Source: Octopus bimaculoides
Taxonomy: Eukaryota
Direction: 5' to 3'
DNA length: 64,000 nucleotides
Assembly: GCF_001194135.2 (NCBI RefSeq)
Contig: NC_068991.1
Coordinates: 54,095,631 to 54,159,630, forward strand
Position numbers and translations under genes: made by a program. The notes below the pieces were generated by a model. It was not told where the DNA came from. It ran no database searches and saw only the letters and a list, made by a program, of their open reading frames with translations. Each line of letters begins with the position of its first letter. Position 1 is the stretch's first letter. Below, one piece after another: positions 1 through 10,500 of the stretch.

Positions 1-1239
1 TATTATGTGTCTCTTTGCATCTGTTTGTTCCCCCCCCCTCCCTGCTGCTGCTTCACAACCTATGTTTGTGTTTTTATTTCCTTAACTTAGAGGTTCAGCA
101 AAAGAGACCATATTAAGCTTTTACAAAAAAAGAATGAGTACTGGGATAGACTCATTCAACTAACACTCCCCCCAAGGCGGTGTCCCAGCATGGCTGCTGT
201 CTAATAATTGAAACAAGTTAAAGATAAATGATAAAATAATTTTGTGTACTTTGTTTATTTACTAAAGAATCTTTTTATCTCTTCTATAAAGCCAGATATA
301 TTTTTATAACATCTTGTAAACCTTAGGAAGTGAACATTAAAACTGTTTATACATTAGAGAAAGTAGCAAAGTCAGTTTTTATTGAATGAATTTGATTCTA
401 ATCAGCTCTTAATCCCCTTCTAAATAGATTATTACTATAACAGAGATTGAATTTCTCCCTTGGTTTCAACCGGAACATCTCGAATATTCTATCTTTTTAC
501 AGGACTGATATAAATCCTCAGTAGAGTAGTAGTAGTATTTTGAGGAACAACTACGACTACTAGTAGTAGTGGAGCCATTATATATGTTATTGGCATGGTC
601 TCAGCAATTGAAACTGATAAAAATAAAATAAAAAAATAATGAAATGAAATGAGAAAAAAAAATGAGTCAACACACACTGTGGCTTATCATCTCAGACTGC
701 TTTAAATAGCAATACAGCATGCTGTTAGTGTAGTGCTCTGAAAAGTTCACTGCAACAGATAATGAGTAGTTATTGTTAAAGTGTAAGGAGAGTGGCGGGG
801 GGAGGAGATGAAAGACCTTGCTGCTGTTTCATTTTATTAGTTATGAATCTCAATTAAACATGTTTTTTTTTTCTGATTCATTTCATGTCAAATATGTTTG
901 TTTTTGAGCAAAGGGTATTGTATTGTTTTGTTTCTTTTTGTCCCCCTTCCTCCTACCCTCCCCCTTTTCTCTCTCTCTCTCTCTCTCTCTGTTAGTGAAA
1001 GCATATTTTCATCTCAGGCAGTTGTTCCATTGTCCCCATTAATGTATAACATAAAATGGAACATGAAAGATGAGTGTATACCTAATTATATTCAATTATG
1101 TTTATACACAGGCATTGCTATTTAAAAACATCTACAAATCTAGTTTCATTCAGTTAGGAATATTGGAATAGGAATAGGTTCCTGTTGTTTTCAGTAACAT
1201 TTGACTTAGAATCAGTCCCATGTTTTTATTATTATTATT

Positions 1240-1271
<32 letters not shown>

Positions 1272-1519
1272 TATTATCATTATCATCATCATCATCATCA
1301 TCATCATGAAAGTGCTTAGCTGCGTTTTGTCGGTCCTTATGTTCTGAGTTCAAATTCCTCCCAGGTTGACCTTTTATCTTCGATTAAACAAGTACCAGTT
1401 GAGCTACCGAGGTTGACTTTGCCTCTCGTCATTTCAGGATTGATAAAATAAGTACCAGTCAAGCACTGAGGTTGATGTAATTGACTAGCCTCCTAGGAAA
1501 AATTGCAGGCTCTGCACAT

Positions 1520-2650
1520 CATCATCACCATCATTATGTATTGATTAATGTCTGGTCTCCATACTGGCACGGGTTGGATGGTTTGACATGGAGCTGGCTA
1601 GCAGGGAACTGTCTGAACTCCAACTGTCTGTCGCAGCATGGCTTCTACGGCTGGATACCCTTCCTAATGCCCACCACTTAACTGTGTGTGCTGGGTGCTT
1701 TTTACGGTGCATTTATGCATTTACGCAGTGTCACAGGGGCATTCACACATCACTGGTGCGTTAATGCAGCACTGGCACCTGAAAGGACAAGCTTCTATGT
1801 GTGGAAGACAACGATTTTACTTAGCTTGATATGTCTTATCAAGTACAGCAAATCATCACATCTTCTGGTTCCTTTCCATTACCTCAGTGAGGCCCAGTGT
1901 TCAAAGATCCTTTCTCACCACTTCATCCTATGTCTCCCTGGGTCTACTCCTTCCACAGGTATCCTCCACAACTAGAGCTTGGCACTTCTTTATGCAGCTG
2001 TCCTCATCCATGTGCATCACATGACAAAACCAGCACACAAAATCTGATGCCTCTTGTACCCAGTTTTCTTCTTAAATTATTTTACATTCTGTCGTGCTTG
2101 CACATTGACACTAGTCATCCAGCGGAGCATGCTAGCTTCATTTCTTTCAAGCCTTTGCAAGTCCTCTGTACTCAAAACCTATGCTTCACTGCCATGTAAC
2201 ATAGCTCTACGTACACAAGCATCATACAATCTGCCTTTTACTCTGAGGGAGAGGCCCTTAGTTACCAACAAAGATAGAAGCTCTCTGGACTTCGCCCAGC
2301 CTGTTCGTATCCTAGCAACTACACTTTCAGAACTCCTTCCCCCACTGCTAACTTGGTCCCCTAGGTAACAGAAGTTATCTACTACTTCTAATGATCCACC
2401 TGAGCAGTTGAGGGAGAATATAGTCTGCCTATTTTTAGTGCTGATTGTACCTGCACATTTGCCACACACAAAGACTATATTCTCCATTAATCTTCTTTTG
2501 ATACCACTGCACCTCTTTTGTGTTCAGACATCATCCATCCAACTGAGTACACTAGCTTCTTTTCTTTCAAGCCTTTGCAAGTCCTCTGTGGTCAAAGCTC
2601 ATATTTCACTGCCATGTAACATACCTGTATGTACACAGGAGCACCTATAG
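1520..2650 (-). mobile_element. RTE LINE 3' fragment (ORF2 C-terminus + 3' UTR + (ATG)n tail), with a second short overlapping fragment at ~2500-2650
   Basis: ORF 2179-2487 FCYLGDQVSSGG..VARIRTGWAK.RELL.LL..KGLSLRVKGRLYDACVR..MLHGSE. 3' UTR module and CAT repeats at ~1520. Confidence 0.9.
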
Positions 2651-2659
2651 TAGAAAGGG

Positions 2660-3866
2660 TTATTATTAAGGTGGTGAGCTGGCAGAATCATTACCATATC
2701 AGTTCAAATGCTGCCAGGATCGACTTTTTCCTTTCATCCTTTTGGAGTCATCGAAGTGAGTACTGATGAGCACTGGGGAGGGAGGGTTGATGTAATCAAT
2801 TTATCACCCCCACTCCAAATTGGTGGCCTTGAGCCCAAATTTAAAATTATTATTATTGTTATTTAAGGCAGTGAGCTGATAGAATTGTTACTGCGCCAAG
2901 CAAAATGCTTAGCGGCATTTCATCTGTCATCACGTTCAAATTCCTTATTTCTTTATTGCCTACAAGGGGCTAAACACAGAGGGGACAAACAAGAACAGAC
3001 AAAGGTATTAAGTCGATTACATCGACTCCAGTGCGTAACTGGTACTTAATTTATCGACCCCAAAAGGATGAAAGGCAAAGTCGACCTCGGCGGAATTTGA
3101 ACTCAGAACGTAACAACAGACAAAATGCTGATAAGCATTTCACCTGGCATGCTAACGTTTCTGCCAGCTCGCCGCCAAGGTCGACTTTACCTTTCAGGCC
3201 TTGTGCTGATAGTAGAAAGAATTATTATTATTATTATTAGCTTTGATGTAACTCCTCATGAAGGTATACAATAAGAAGATTGCAATAAAATACAGATTGA
3301 CTTTGTTTACTGAGCTGAATAATCAGAATTTTAACTGGACTGTCCTGCATTCCCCCCTTGTTGAAAAAGATGTCAACTTACCCCTTCCTACTGAAATTGC
3401 TGATCTTGTGCCAAAATTTGAAACCATTACTATTATTGATAAGACTGCAAGCTGGTAGAATTGTTAGCATGCCAGGTGAAATGCTTATCAGCATTTTGTC
3501 TGTTGTTATATTTTGAATTCAAATTCTAGTGAGGTTGACTTTGCCTTTCATCCTTCGGGGTCGATAAAATAAGTACCAGTTGAGTAATTGACTAGCCCCC
3601 TCCCCCAAGTTCCAGGTCTTGTGCCTATAGTAGAAAGGATTATCATTATTATTTTTATTATCAAGGCGGTGAACTGGCAAAATCGTTAGCATGCTGGACG
3701 AAATGCTTAGTGGCATTTTGTCTGACTTTGCATTCTGAGTTGAAATTCTACCAAGGTTGACTTTGCCTTTCATCCTTTTGGGTTGATAAATTAAGTACCA
3801 GTTGAGTACTGGGGTCGATGTAATCGACTAGTCTCCTCCACCAAAATTTCAGGCATTGTGCCTATA
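2660..3866. repeat. Cluster of ~6 family-A SINE copies, including an antisense young copy (2945-3175) nested in an older copy
   Basis: Repeated GAGCTGGCAGAAT head, CTTTGCCTTTCATCC..AAGTACCAG core and (ATT)n tails. Confidence 0.85.
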
Positions 3867-4165
3867 ATATTATTATAATAATTATCATTCAGTAGTCTTA
3901 TTTTTATCACATACTTTCACTGCACTACCAAGCACAGCTCTGTGTGCCTTGGTTATATGCTGTGGTTTGTTGTGATGCTCTTATTGTTATTGTATTGAAA
4001 GTGTTTTACGTAGGATGTGTGTGGTGCCTAGTAGTGTTATTTTCTGTGTGTTATATATATTTGTTAGTCCTGGTCTTTTTGTTATGTATTTATCTGAATA
4101 TCTTTTTTATTATATCTAATGCACCTATTATGATAAGAATTGTTTCAGTTTTAAACTCCACAGTC
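3867..4165 (-). mobile_element. 3' end of an RLE-type (R4/Dong/HERO-like) non-LTR retrotransposon
   Basis: Minus strand reads, across a frameshift, IIIGAL...PGLTNIYNTQKITLLGTTHILRKTLSIQ*, then 3' UTR and a TAA-rich tail. Confidence 0.7.
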
Positions 4166-4379
4166 TAGTTACCTCTATTTCCAGGTAATTATTATTTTTA
4201 TCATTGTCATCATCATTTCTGAGATATTTTGTGAGGAGCCTGTTCTTTTACTTTTTAAATTGCCATCAAACAAAATATAAAAAAAAATTACTTCAAAAAT
4301 AGAAGTTATTTGTTCTTTTATCTTCAAAAAAAAAGTTGCCAAATCACTATACTATGTTTACTAGGTGCTTTACTTGTAC

Positions 4380-5040
4380 ATCAGCACTAGTGAGGTTGCC
4401 AGGTTACTTGTGAGACAGAAGAAGGAAAAAGAAAAAGCCTCTTTGGCTAACTAGTCATGGTGGTGGGTATTTGAGAGACGGGTGTGGTTTTATGCCAGGT
4501 GTTGAAAGGTTAAGATATAATAAAGAGACAAATAAAGGTGCCATGCTACAACGAAGATATGCAGCTACCTCGCATTTTATATGGTTGAGTAGGGGTAGCT
4601 GTGAAGATAAGATGGTAGTGATGGGGTGCCAGAGCAAACTGTCAAGGTACAAGAAGGTGAGTATAAAAGCGGATACAGACAGTGGATTGGTGGTGGTGGT
4701 GGTGGTGGTGGTGGTGGTGGTGATGGTGGTGGGGTTTCATAAGATTATGAGAGGAGAGAGATAGATAGTTGGAGATAGGGGCTGGGGGTGGTGGCAAGTG
4801 ATGAACAAAAGTGGAACTGCAGTTGATGGGAAATAGCAGAATGAGGTGGGGATAAGGTGGGATAGATATAGACAAGGAAGTAGGGGAAGATGTGCAAGAT
4901 ATAGGAGTGGTGAGGTGTGAGATGTACAGGTACATAGAGGTGGGTGGAATATGTAGGAAGATAGTTAATCTTATATGTAATGGTTTGGATAGTATATTTG
5001 CAAACTCTAACCAAAATGTAGCTTTAAATTGGAGATTCAC
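4380..5040 (-). mobile_element. Degenerate Penelope-like 3' region with long pyrimidine-rich UTR and internal (CAC)n
   Basis: Same architecture as 29400-30790 in the opposite orientation; ends in the GCAACCTCACTAGTGCTG module. Confidence 0.4.
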
Positions 5041-5798
5041 TATATAAATGTGAAAAAGATGATTTATTTAATTGCATATGCTTCTGTCTAAGCAAGCTAT
5101 GGGGTTTGATTACTTCATAATAATTATCAAAGCAGCAGTGAAAGTCAATCATTATTTAATTCTCGGAAAGAAACAAGCTGTATCACATTTCCTCTGTTTC
5201 ATGAATAATTTACATGCTGTCAGCCTACAATATTAGATCTAACTGTTCCAGATGACCTCTCCTTGAATGACAACAACCTTGTACATTGAGACGAGATGTA
5301 CATGGAGGAGAGGCACAGAATCATTTAGTCTTGATCAGCTCTTGATTTAACGAATATACTAGCAAGTCTTTGGCATATTGCTCCTCAATATGGAATGATG
5401 TACTTACTTCAGTTGCTGAATTATTGATTCCCCCCCTCTTTCACTAGGCATAATGCCAATTGGCTATAAGCAAAGGGGGTTATACGTTGATTGAATTGAT
5501 CCTAGAGTTATTTTGGTGTTCATTTTATTGTTCTCAGGTATAAAAGACTAAGTTAACTCAGGTGAGGTTTGAATTGTAAATGTAGTATGATGAAATGAAG
5601 TATGGTGTCTGACAGACATTGAATGAATTTTTTTTCTCACTTCCAAACATGTTCAATCATACTCGAGATAAAACTGACTGACAAAATTCTTCATCATAAT
5701 TAATTAGAAGTGCACTAAGCAATGCTGAATAAAATATAATTATGTATAATCATTATTGTATATGTTCACCTGAATTCAGATATGGAAAGACAATATGT

Positions 5799-5916
5799 TG
5801 TACAAGTTGTCTCAAGAGAAGTTCTCCTTAGAGACAATAGTCATCCATGGCCTAATGGTATGTTTGCACTCATATTGTCTGTAAGGAGAATTTCTTCTCT
5901 TGAGACAACTTGTGCA
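5799..5916. repeat. Inverted repeat, ~42-bp arms and ~33-nt loop
   Basis: TGTACAAGTTGTCTCAAGAGAAGTTCTCCTTAGAGACAATA / TATTGTCTGTAAGGAGAATTTCTTCTCTTGAGACAACTTGTGCA. Confidence 0.85.
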
Positions 5917-6029
5917 GTGTACAAACATGTTAAATGTGACTGTACATTACTATATTCATCATCATAGTATTTAACTAGCCGTCGTTTTGTGTTTTCTTTC
6001 TTTTTTTGGTTTTTCCTTTCTTGGTTGCA

Positions 6030-6222
6030 TTTACACGCCGGGCGAAATGCTTAGCGGTATTTCGTCTGTCTTTATGTTTTGCGATAAAATTCCGCCGAGG
6101 TCGACTTTGCCTTTCATACTTTCGGGGTTGATAAATTAAGTACCAGTCGCGTACTGGGGTCAATCTAATCGACTGGCCCCCTCTCCAAAAATTTCAGGCC
6201 TTGTGCCTAGAGTAGAAAAAAA
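6030..6222 (+). mobile_element. Family-A SINE (5'-truncated, young). Further copies ~1308-1515, 24007-24225, 27715-27910, 38200-38415, 46975-47190 (+) and ~5460-5590, 48600-48730 (-)
   Basis: Near-consensus core GGTCGACTTTGCCTTTCAT...AAGTACCAG and tail. Confidence 0.85.
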
Positions 6223-7189
6223 TTAGTAGACTTTGTTCTTATGAACAACATATTTTTACAGGAAGAAAAAAAAAACATTAAAAATATAAAAGATCAAATT
6301 ATTGAGAACCCCTACCCTTTAACTATCTCACCAAGGGAGCAAAGAAAATAAATGGAGGTAGATTAACTAGCAGAAGGTGGGGGGATCAAAACAACAAACA
6401 TCATGCTGTAGTTCCCTTTCTGTGTAGTCAACTATTTCTTCAGTAGTTCTTGTTCTTATGAACACCTCGTACTTGTCTTTTTTCCCCCCGATAGTCAGCA
6501 AACTGTATCTTGCTTCCCAGATCTGAGAATGGAATACTTTTCTCTGTCATCTGTCTGTAGAAAATTACATTTTTTTAAACTACCTTGGCCCCACATCCTT
6601 TGCAACATTTTTTTGGCAATCATCCAGAAAATAAGTATTTTATTTCACAGAACCACCCAACTCTTATTCATGAGAATTGTTCTTTGTTCATCATCTTCAT
6701 TATCATTTAATGTCCACTTTTCCATACTTGCATGAGGCAGGATTTCTATGACCAGATGATATATACGTGTGTGTGTTGAGGATGCAGTGAGACTGAATCC
6801 TCAACCACATGGTTGGGAAGCCAGCTGAACCACATAGCCATGCCTATGCCTCTTTATGCCTTGTTACATAAATTATTGAAAGAAGTATTCTTAATATTGC
6901 ATTTTAAATTGATATCTGTAATGTTTCCCACTGCTAAAATTTTAAACAAATCAGAATATTATTTGAGAATTACCGCATTTCAAGGCATTGATGCACTTCT
7001 TTTTTTTTCCTAAAAAATGTCCAAAAATCACCCCAGGTCCTATATATATGAAGTTGGGTCTCTTCCAAGCTAATATTGTCCTGACACTCACTACAGTAGG
7101 CTAATTTTAGTCCAGACAGTCTCTTCTATCTAGTTTGATTCCATAATAACAATATTTACTTAAAATCTTATTAATGTTTAAGTAATGTT

Positions 7190-7325
7190 TTGTAATATTC
7201 TGCTTGATTGCTTTAAATATTACATGCTTTAATGTACTAAAAACTATTTTTCCTCAATGTGTGCTGTTGAAAATGAGATGTGTCTAATCTACTTGTGCCT
7301 TACTTTTATGCCATCAAATATAGTA
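7190..7325. repeat. Interspersed repeat fragment ending ..TTATGCC..CAAATA(C/T)(A/G)GTA; also ~24470-24620 and ~14110-14150
   Basis: Shared CTGCTTGATT.C.TTAAATATTACATGCTTTAAT; end resembles TA-CCGTATTT pogo/Tc2-type termini. Confidence 0.55.
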
Positions 7326-7835
7326 GGAACCAATAATGACCTAAATAATCTAAAATGTCAGTACATATATATTATTACTAACTTAATGCCAATATACTGG
7401 TAATTATTTTATCTTTTATCTTTTGCTTGTTTCAGTCATTAGACTATGGCCATTCTGGGGCACTGCCTTGAAGAAATTGGTTTTAAATCGAACGAATTGA
7501 CCCCAGTACTCATTTTTGTAAGCCTGGTGCTTATTCTGTTGGTCGAACTGCTAAGTTACAGGGATGTAAACATGCCAACACTGGTTGTCAAGCAGTGGTG
7601 GTGGTGGTGGTGGTGGGGGACAAACACACACAAACAATGGCTTCTTTCAGTTTCTGTTTACTGAATACACTCACAAGGCTTTGGTCAGCATGAGGCTATA
7701 GTTGAAAAGACTTGCCCAAGGTGCCATGTGGTTGGGAAGCAAATGTCTTAACACACAGCCGCACTTGTGCCTATTTGGGTAATTATTTTCTGAAAGTATT
7801 CTGAAAATCAAAATATTTTCTATTGTTTATTGCAG

Positions 7836-7928
7836 GTAAACACTGAGTCTGCTATATAAACCACCATAGATTTATTGGCCATCTGCTTAAAGGACCTTTC
7901 TACAAAATAAGGAACCATGGCAAGTCAG
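7836..7928 (+). CDS. CCDC9: CCDC9-like gene, exon with 5' UTR and possible first codons (ATG 7917; MASQ)
   Basis: Acceptor tattgtttattgcAG ends at 7835; ggaaccATGGCAAGTCAG then donor GTAATG at 7929. Phase 0 joins in frame to exon 16089. The in-frame ATG at 16092 could be the real start instead. Confidence 0.6.
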
Positions 7929-7936
7929 GTAATGTT

Positions 7937-8165
7937 AATCCTTTTGTAACCATATTTCTATTGACAAAACACTGCCATTATTTCAATAATTTTGAAAATA
8001 ATGAAAAATTTAGTCAAGTAACATTGTCAGTACTAAGCTAATGTTTGGAACATAAATTAAGCTGAAATTTTGAGCAAAGGTTTTACTTCAAATCACTTTA
8101 AATCATGAAATTCATACAATAGAACCAAGGATGGTCTTGAATAGGTTGGTATGAAAAGGAGTTAA
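7937..8165 (+). mobile_element. Second TTAA MITE family (also ~10590-10810)
   Basis: TTAATCCTTTTGTAACCATATTTC...GAAAAGGAGTTAA; homologous to TTAACCTGTCTGTTACCATATTTCTG...AAAAGGGTTAA at 10592-10812. Confidence 0.65.
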
Positions 8166-8259
8166 ACATAACAAGATTTTCAAACTGGAGATCATTAGGA
8201 GAATAAAAAAAAATTTCGTTTTTTAATGTCTTTTTATTTCTGATTTAGTGGTTAGAATA

Positions 8260-9589
8260 TCAGGTCATCCCATAAGATCTGTCCGAATTTTGAATAATGA
8301 AAGCAAGTGATCAAATGTTATATTTAATAGAAATTTAATCATCAATGTACTTTCCCTGATTATCTATGACTTGCTTCCATCTATATACAAGCTTTTTAAT
8401 CCCATCAATGTAAAACTCTTTTGGTTTCACAAAGTGAAGAACTCTGAAATGTCAGTTTCAACCTCCTCTTGGCTTGCGAAAGTTATGTGCCCCAAATGAT
8501 TCTGTAAACTACGAAGCAAATGGTAGTCTGAAGGAACAAGGTCGGGAGAATAAGGTGGATGAGGAATTTTTTCCCAACCAAGCTCTTCGATCTTCTGTGA
8601 TGTGATCTTTGCAGTGTGGGGTCATGCATTGTCCTGATGAAACATCAGCCCTTTTCGAGTCACTAAAGCGGGTCTTTTTTTCTTCAAAGCTTGGTTCAAA
8701 CGCTTTAATTGCTGACAGTAGACTTGAGCAGTGATTGTTGCATTAGGTGGTAACAATTCAAAGTAAATTACTCCTTTGCAATCCCACCAGATAGAGAGAA
8801 GAACTTTNNNNNNNNNNNNNNNNNNNNNNNNNNNNNNNNNNNNNNNNNNNNNNNNNNNNNNNNNNNNNNNNNNNNNNNNNNNNNNNNNNNNNNNNNNNNN
8901 NNNNNNNNNNNNNNNNNNNNNNNNNNNNNNNNNNNNNNNNNNNNNNNNNNNNNNNNNNNNNNNNNNNNNNNNNNNNNNNNNNNNNNNNNNNNNNNNNNNN
9001 NNNNNNNNNNNNNNNNNNNNNNNNNNNNNNNNNNNNNNNNNNNNNNNNNNNNNNNNNNNNNNNNNNNNNNNNNNNNNNNNNNNNNNNNNNNNNNNNNNNN
9101 NNNNNNNNNNNNNNNNNNNNNNNNNNNNNNNNNNNNNNNNNNNNNNNNNNNNNNNNNNNNNNNNNNNNNNNNNNNNNNNNNNNNNNNNNNNNNNNNNNNN
9201 NNNNNNNNNNNNNNNNNNNNNNNNNNNNNNNNNNNNNNNNNNNNNNNNNNNNNNNNNNNNNNNNNNNNNNNNNNNNNNNNNNNNNNNNNNNNNNNNNCAA
9301 GCATTCTTTCCCTGTGTGTATGTTTCGAGTCACTTCGGCTGCAGAGTTTCCTTTTTTGTACTTATAAAGCATTATGTGCCTCAAATCCTTTTTGGATACT
9401 TCCATGTCAGAAATGGTTTTAATCAAAGAAATTTTAATTCTATTATTCTGTAAAATAATATTTGATTAGTTTAAATGTATACAAATGCATAAAAATAATT
9501 TTTAATTCCATTAGACATTCTAAAATACTATTAAATTTCATTCAATTTTAAAAAAGGTAAAATCGGACAGAACTTATGAGATGACCTGA
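8260..9589 (-). mobile_element. Full-length mariner (DD34D, cecropia/Hsmar1-like) with disrupted transposase
   Basis: 26-bp TIRs TCAGGTCATCCCATAAGATCTGTCCG (8260-85) and CGGACAGAACTTATGAGATGACCTGA (9564-89), 2 mismatches, left TA. Minus strand reads KDLRHIMLYKYKKGNSAAEVTRNI, WWDCKGVIYFELL, HQDNA*PH, YSPDLVPSDYHL, stop at 8335-37. Contains frameshifts and a 490-N gap. Confidence 0.93.
8808..9297. other. Assembly gap (490 N). Other gaps: 18963-19142, 21639-21820, 26562-26661
   Basis: Runs of N. Two abut (CA)n microsatellites and two lie within transposon copies. Confidence 0.99.
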
Positions 9590-9939
9590 TCTTTTGGTTC
9601 ACGATCCTGAGTTTGACTCCCAGCAGCATGTTCTGTCCTTAAGCAAGTCCACTCAGCTGGCAAAAATTAGTTGCACCTGTATTTCAAAGGGCCAACCTTG
9701 TCACATTCTGTGTCTGTGGAGTGCTCAGCCATTTGCACATTAATTTCATGAGCAGGCTGTTCTGTTGATTGGATCATCTGGAGCCCTTGTCTTAACCAAC
9801 GGAGTGCCAGTTTAAACAGTAAATTATTTTGTTTAGTGTTGGGAGGATAAACAGGGTTCAGTTTTAGTTTTCTTGCTCCTTTTGACACCATGTTTATATT
9901 GAAATATACTGTTTGTGTTTGAATTAATTTTGAAACTAA

Positions 9940-10500
9940 TCATCATCATCATCATTATCATCATTTAATGTCTGCTTTCCATGCTGGCATGGGTTGGACA
10001 ATTTGACATGGAGCTGGCTAGCAAATCTGTCCAGACTCCAATTGTCTGTTGTGGCATGGTTTCTATGGCTGGATGCCCTTCCTAATGCCATCCACTTAAC
10101 AGAGTGCACTGGGTGCTTTTCATGTGCCACCTGCACAGGTGTGTTTATGTAGCACCAGTATAGATGCGTTAATGCAGCACCAGCATAGGTGCTTTTTAAG
10201 TGACACTGGCACCTGAAAGGACAAATCTCTATGTGTGGAAGACAGCAATTTTATTTAGTTTGGCACAACTTATCAAGTACAGAAAATTGCCACATCTACT
10301 GGTCCCTTGTCATTTTTTCAGTGAGGTCCAGTGTCTGAAGATCCTTTCTCACTACTTCGTCCCATATCTTCTTGGGTCTACCTCTTCCATAGGTACCTTC
10401 TATAGTTAGAGCTTGGCACTTCTTTGTGCAGCTTCCCTCATCCACACGCATCACATGACCAAACCAGCATGGTCTTCCCTCTTGCACATAACAATTGATG
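9940..10500 (-). mobile_element. RTE LINE 3' end, same family as 1520-2650
   Basis: WFGHVMR...GRGRPKKIWDEVVRKDL (10296-10487), followed by the same 3' UTR and (ATG)n tail. Confidence 0.9.

Noticed and set aside
660-920. Possible promoter or first exon (TGAGTCA, TTTAAATA, donor-like GTATTG at 915)
   Set aside because: Short motifs expected by chance in AT-rich DNA; no independent support.
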